A stretch of DNA of 64,000 nt. It comes from Azolla caroliniana (lineage: Eukaryota; Plantae; Polypodiophyta). Both the position numbers and the translations under genes were made by a program. The DNA lies in the NCBI GenBank assembly GCA_043228905.1, contig JBHGNT010000007.1, positions 1,364,001 through 1,428,000 of the forward strand, in the 5' to 3' direction. Shown here piece by piece: positions 62,000-64,000 of the stretch. The notes below the pieces were generated by a model. That model worked only from the letters and a program-made list of their open reading frames with translations, searched no databases and was not told the origin of the DNA. The first letter of the stretch is position 1; each line of letters begins with the position of its first letter.

Positions 62000-63245
62000 C
62001 GAACCAAATCAATTGTGAAACTGTAAATGGTTTAGTTTAAGCCATTATCAAGTAAATGGCTTAATGACGTAAGTGTTTGGGGAACATTGTTTAAATATTG
62101 ATTTAATATATAAATTAACTTTACAAATTATGTAATTTGTAGTATTATTTATGAAGTTTTAATGTTCAACCCTAACCTTTCTTTTAAGTTCTAGTTTTCT
62201 TTTGAGTTTTAAAAAATGACACTTTCTTGAGAAGTTGAGTATACAATTGTCAATGATTTGCTTTGTGCTGAAATCGAACCATGAAATTGTGGCTTAACAA
62301 CTTATGGTTTGTGGATAGCTTGAATTGTCTTGTTTGGTTAGAACAATTTCGCTTTAAACAAATTATTTGGTTTTAACGTTTCACTATTCAATTTGGTTTG
62401 ATTAATCAAGTTTCAAAACCTCTAAACATTTTGGTATAAAATGGTTGGAGTTTGAGGCTCCCAAACCAAACCGTTGTTGATAACTACTCATGTATGATAT
62501 GTGTGTGTGGGACCCAAGCGGCCCGATCTGGACACAAATAGAGTGTTTGGACTATATAAAGCGAAGCATCCACCCCACAAGAGATAGTCCATATTGAATT
62601 GGTGGCATCCCCCATGATGATAGAACCATTATTCCACGGAGTGAAACTTATCACTAGTATTCAAACCATGCCAACTCAAAGAATTACATATAAGGCATTT
62701 GACGCATTGAAGCAAATGTTCACAACAAAACATGCACAAGAATCATGGTACTCATAGGTGAGGAAGTGGTTCAATAATAATGGCCTTGACATTGAGGTTG
62801 TACTACATTTCCAATATAATTTGTGTGCCCCTCCAATATTCTAAATTTAAACATCAAGGTATTGCAGTAAGATTTACGGCAACTCTTTACTCCAAAGTCT
62901 AAGTTCGCTCACACTAAGAGAACCACTTCCTCGAAAGGTGACCTATATAAAGATAATTTTCATGAACTTTTCAAACTTGGATGAATTCATATATAGAGAC
63001 TAAGGTGCATGGACTTCTACATGGCCCATCTTCAAAACTCTCCCTTAGTAAAGAGGGGTATGTAGTTATGTTCCTCAAACTAAAAGGGTGCCTACTCATA
63101 TAATATGTCCTCACCTAACAATCGGCAACGGTTTGGTTTGGACCGAACCAAACCGCAAAATCGTGACTTAATGGCTTAACAGTTTAAACGGTTCGGTTCA
63201 ATTCAAGTTCGGGTTTTTTTTAACGGTTCGGTTCGGTTTCATGAT
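62000..63245. repeat. Region with AAACCAAACCG / CGGTTCGGTT motifs, possible DNA-transposon or MITE remnant
   Basis: Clusters of AACCG/CGGTT motifs and a short hairpin at 63128-63154. No terminal inverted repeats or TSD were resolved. Confidence 0.35.
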
Positions 63246-64000
63246 TTCTTCAAAGGGTGTTAAATTCATACAAAGAACAAGATACATGGACATATATATG
63301 GCCCATAGTGCTCACTAAGCAATTGGCCAACTCAGAGTTTCCTCCCACCAACTAGAGCTTAAAGGTCAAACAAGCACTTCACAAATCTAGAGATAAAAGA
63401 TTTTGTAAATTATGTGAAGGAGAGCTCAAATGTGAATAACACTTTGTGAATAGATGCTTCACTTTAAATCACGTCAAAGAGAAGTATGCCACCTTCTATG
63501 AAATGAACCGTCACAATTAAACAAAAGATAGAGAATGATCCACAGCAATTTGGCCAAATCATGCTTGAGCTTGGAAATAATTGGGAATCAAAATTTAATA
63601 GTATGCCTAATGCAGCAATAATGTATACCATTGACTTATTCCATAGTTGCCTACCTCCAATAACAATATGCCTAAGTCACTATAGATCAAGGCCCAATTT
63701 TCACCAAATCATGGAGATCATTGTTTGCCATCTCCAATCTATGATAAATTCACTTTTTAAAGTTCATCCTCTCTCTCTCTCTTTAATTGTAATTAGCTTA
63801 CCCTAGTGGTAAGTTGTTAGAATACTAGCCTCAAATAGTGTGGGGTTTGAGGCCCATTTTTTCACCTCTTTATTAGTCCATAATAACATATCCTCTTAAT
63901 TTACTAAATGCCACTATGGAATGTGATGGGTTGAACGCATGACCTTTAGGTCTCCATTGGACAATATTACCAACTGACCTACATCCATATTACCTTTTCT

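Overview
AT-rich, intron-containing genomic DNA from a non-flowering land plant. The ACR3 genes resemble fern (Pteris-type) ACR3 as I recall it, so a fern is likely; this is inference. From left to right: (1) a tandem ACR3 arsenite-antiporter array with two intact two-exon genes and a third, decayed copy; (2) a 12-exon minus-strand rhomboid protease/UBA gene (RBL15-like) whose introns hold two 5'-truncated LINEs; (3) a non-chromoviral Ty3/gypsy element (26487-40142, TSD TATGT) that lacks RT/RNase H but keeps gag, protease, integrase and a reconstructable ~930-aa accessory ORF, which is split by a young Ty1/copia element with apparently identical LTRs; (4) a six-exon CutA gene preceded by a 23-bp tandem array; (5) a three-exon TBL/PC-esterase O-acetyltransferase gene with a very long Asp/His/Asn-rich stem and two intronic minisatellites; (6) a decayed copia element truncated at the start of RNase H. 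Many local tandem duplications and microsatellites are also present. I found no rRNA, tRNA or CRISPR array. All alignments and counts were made by eye.
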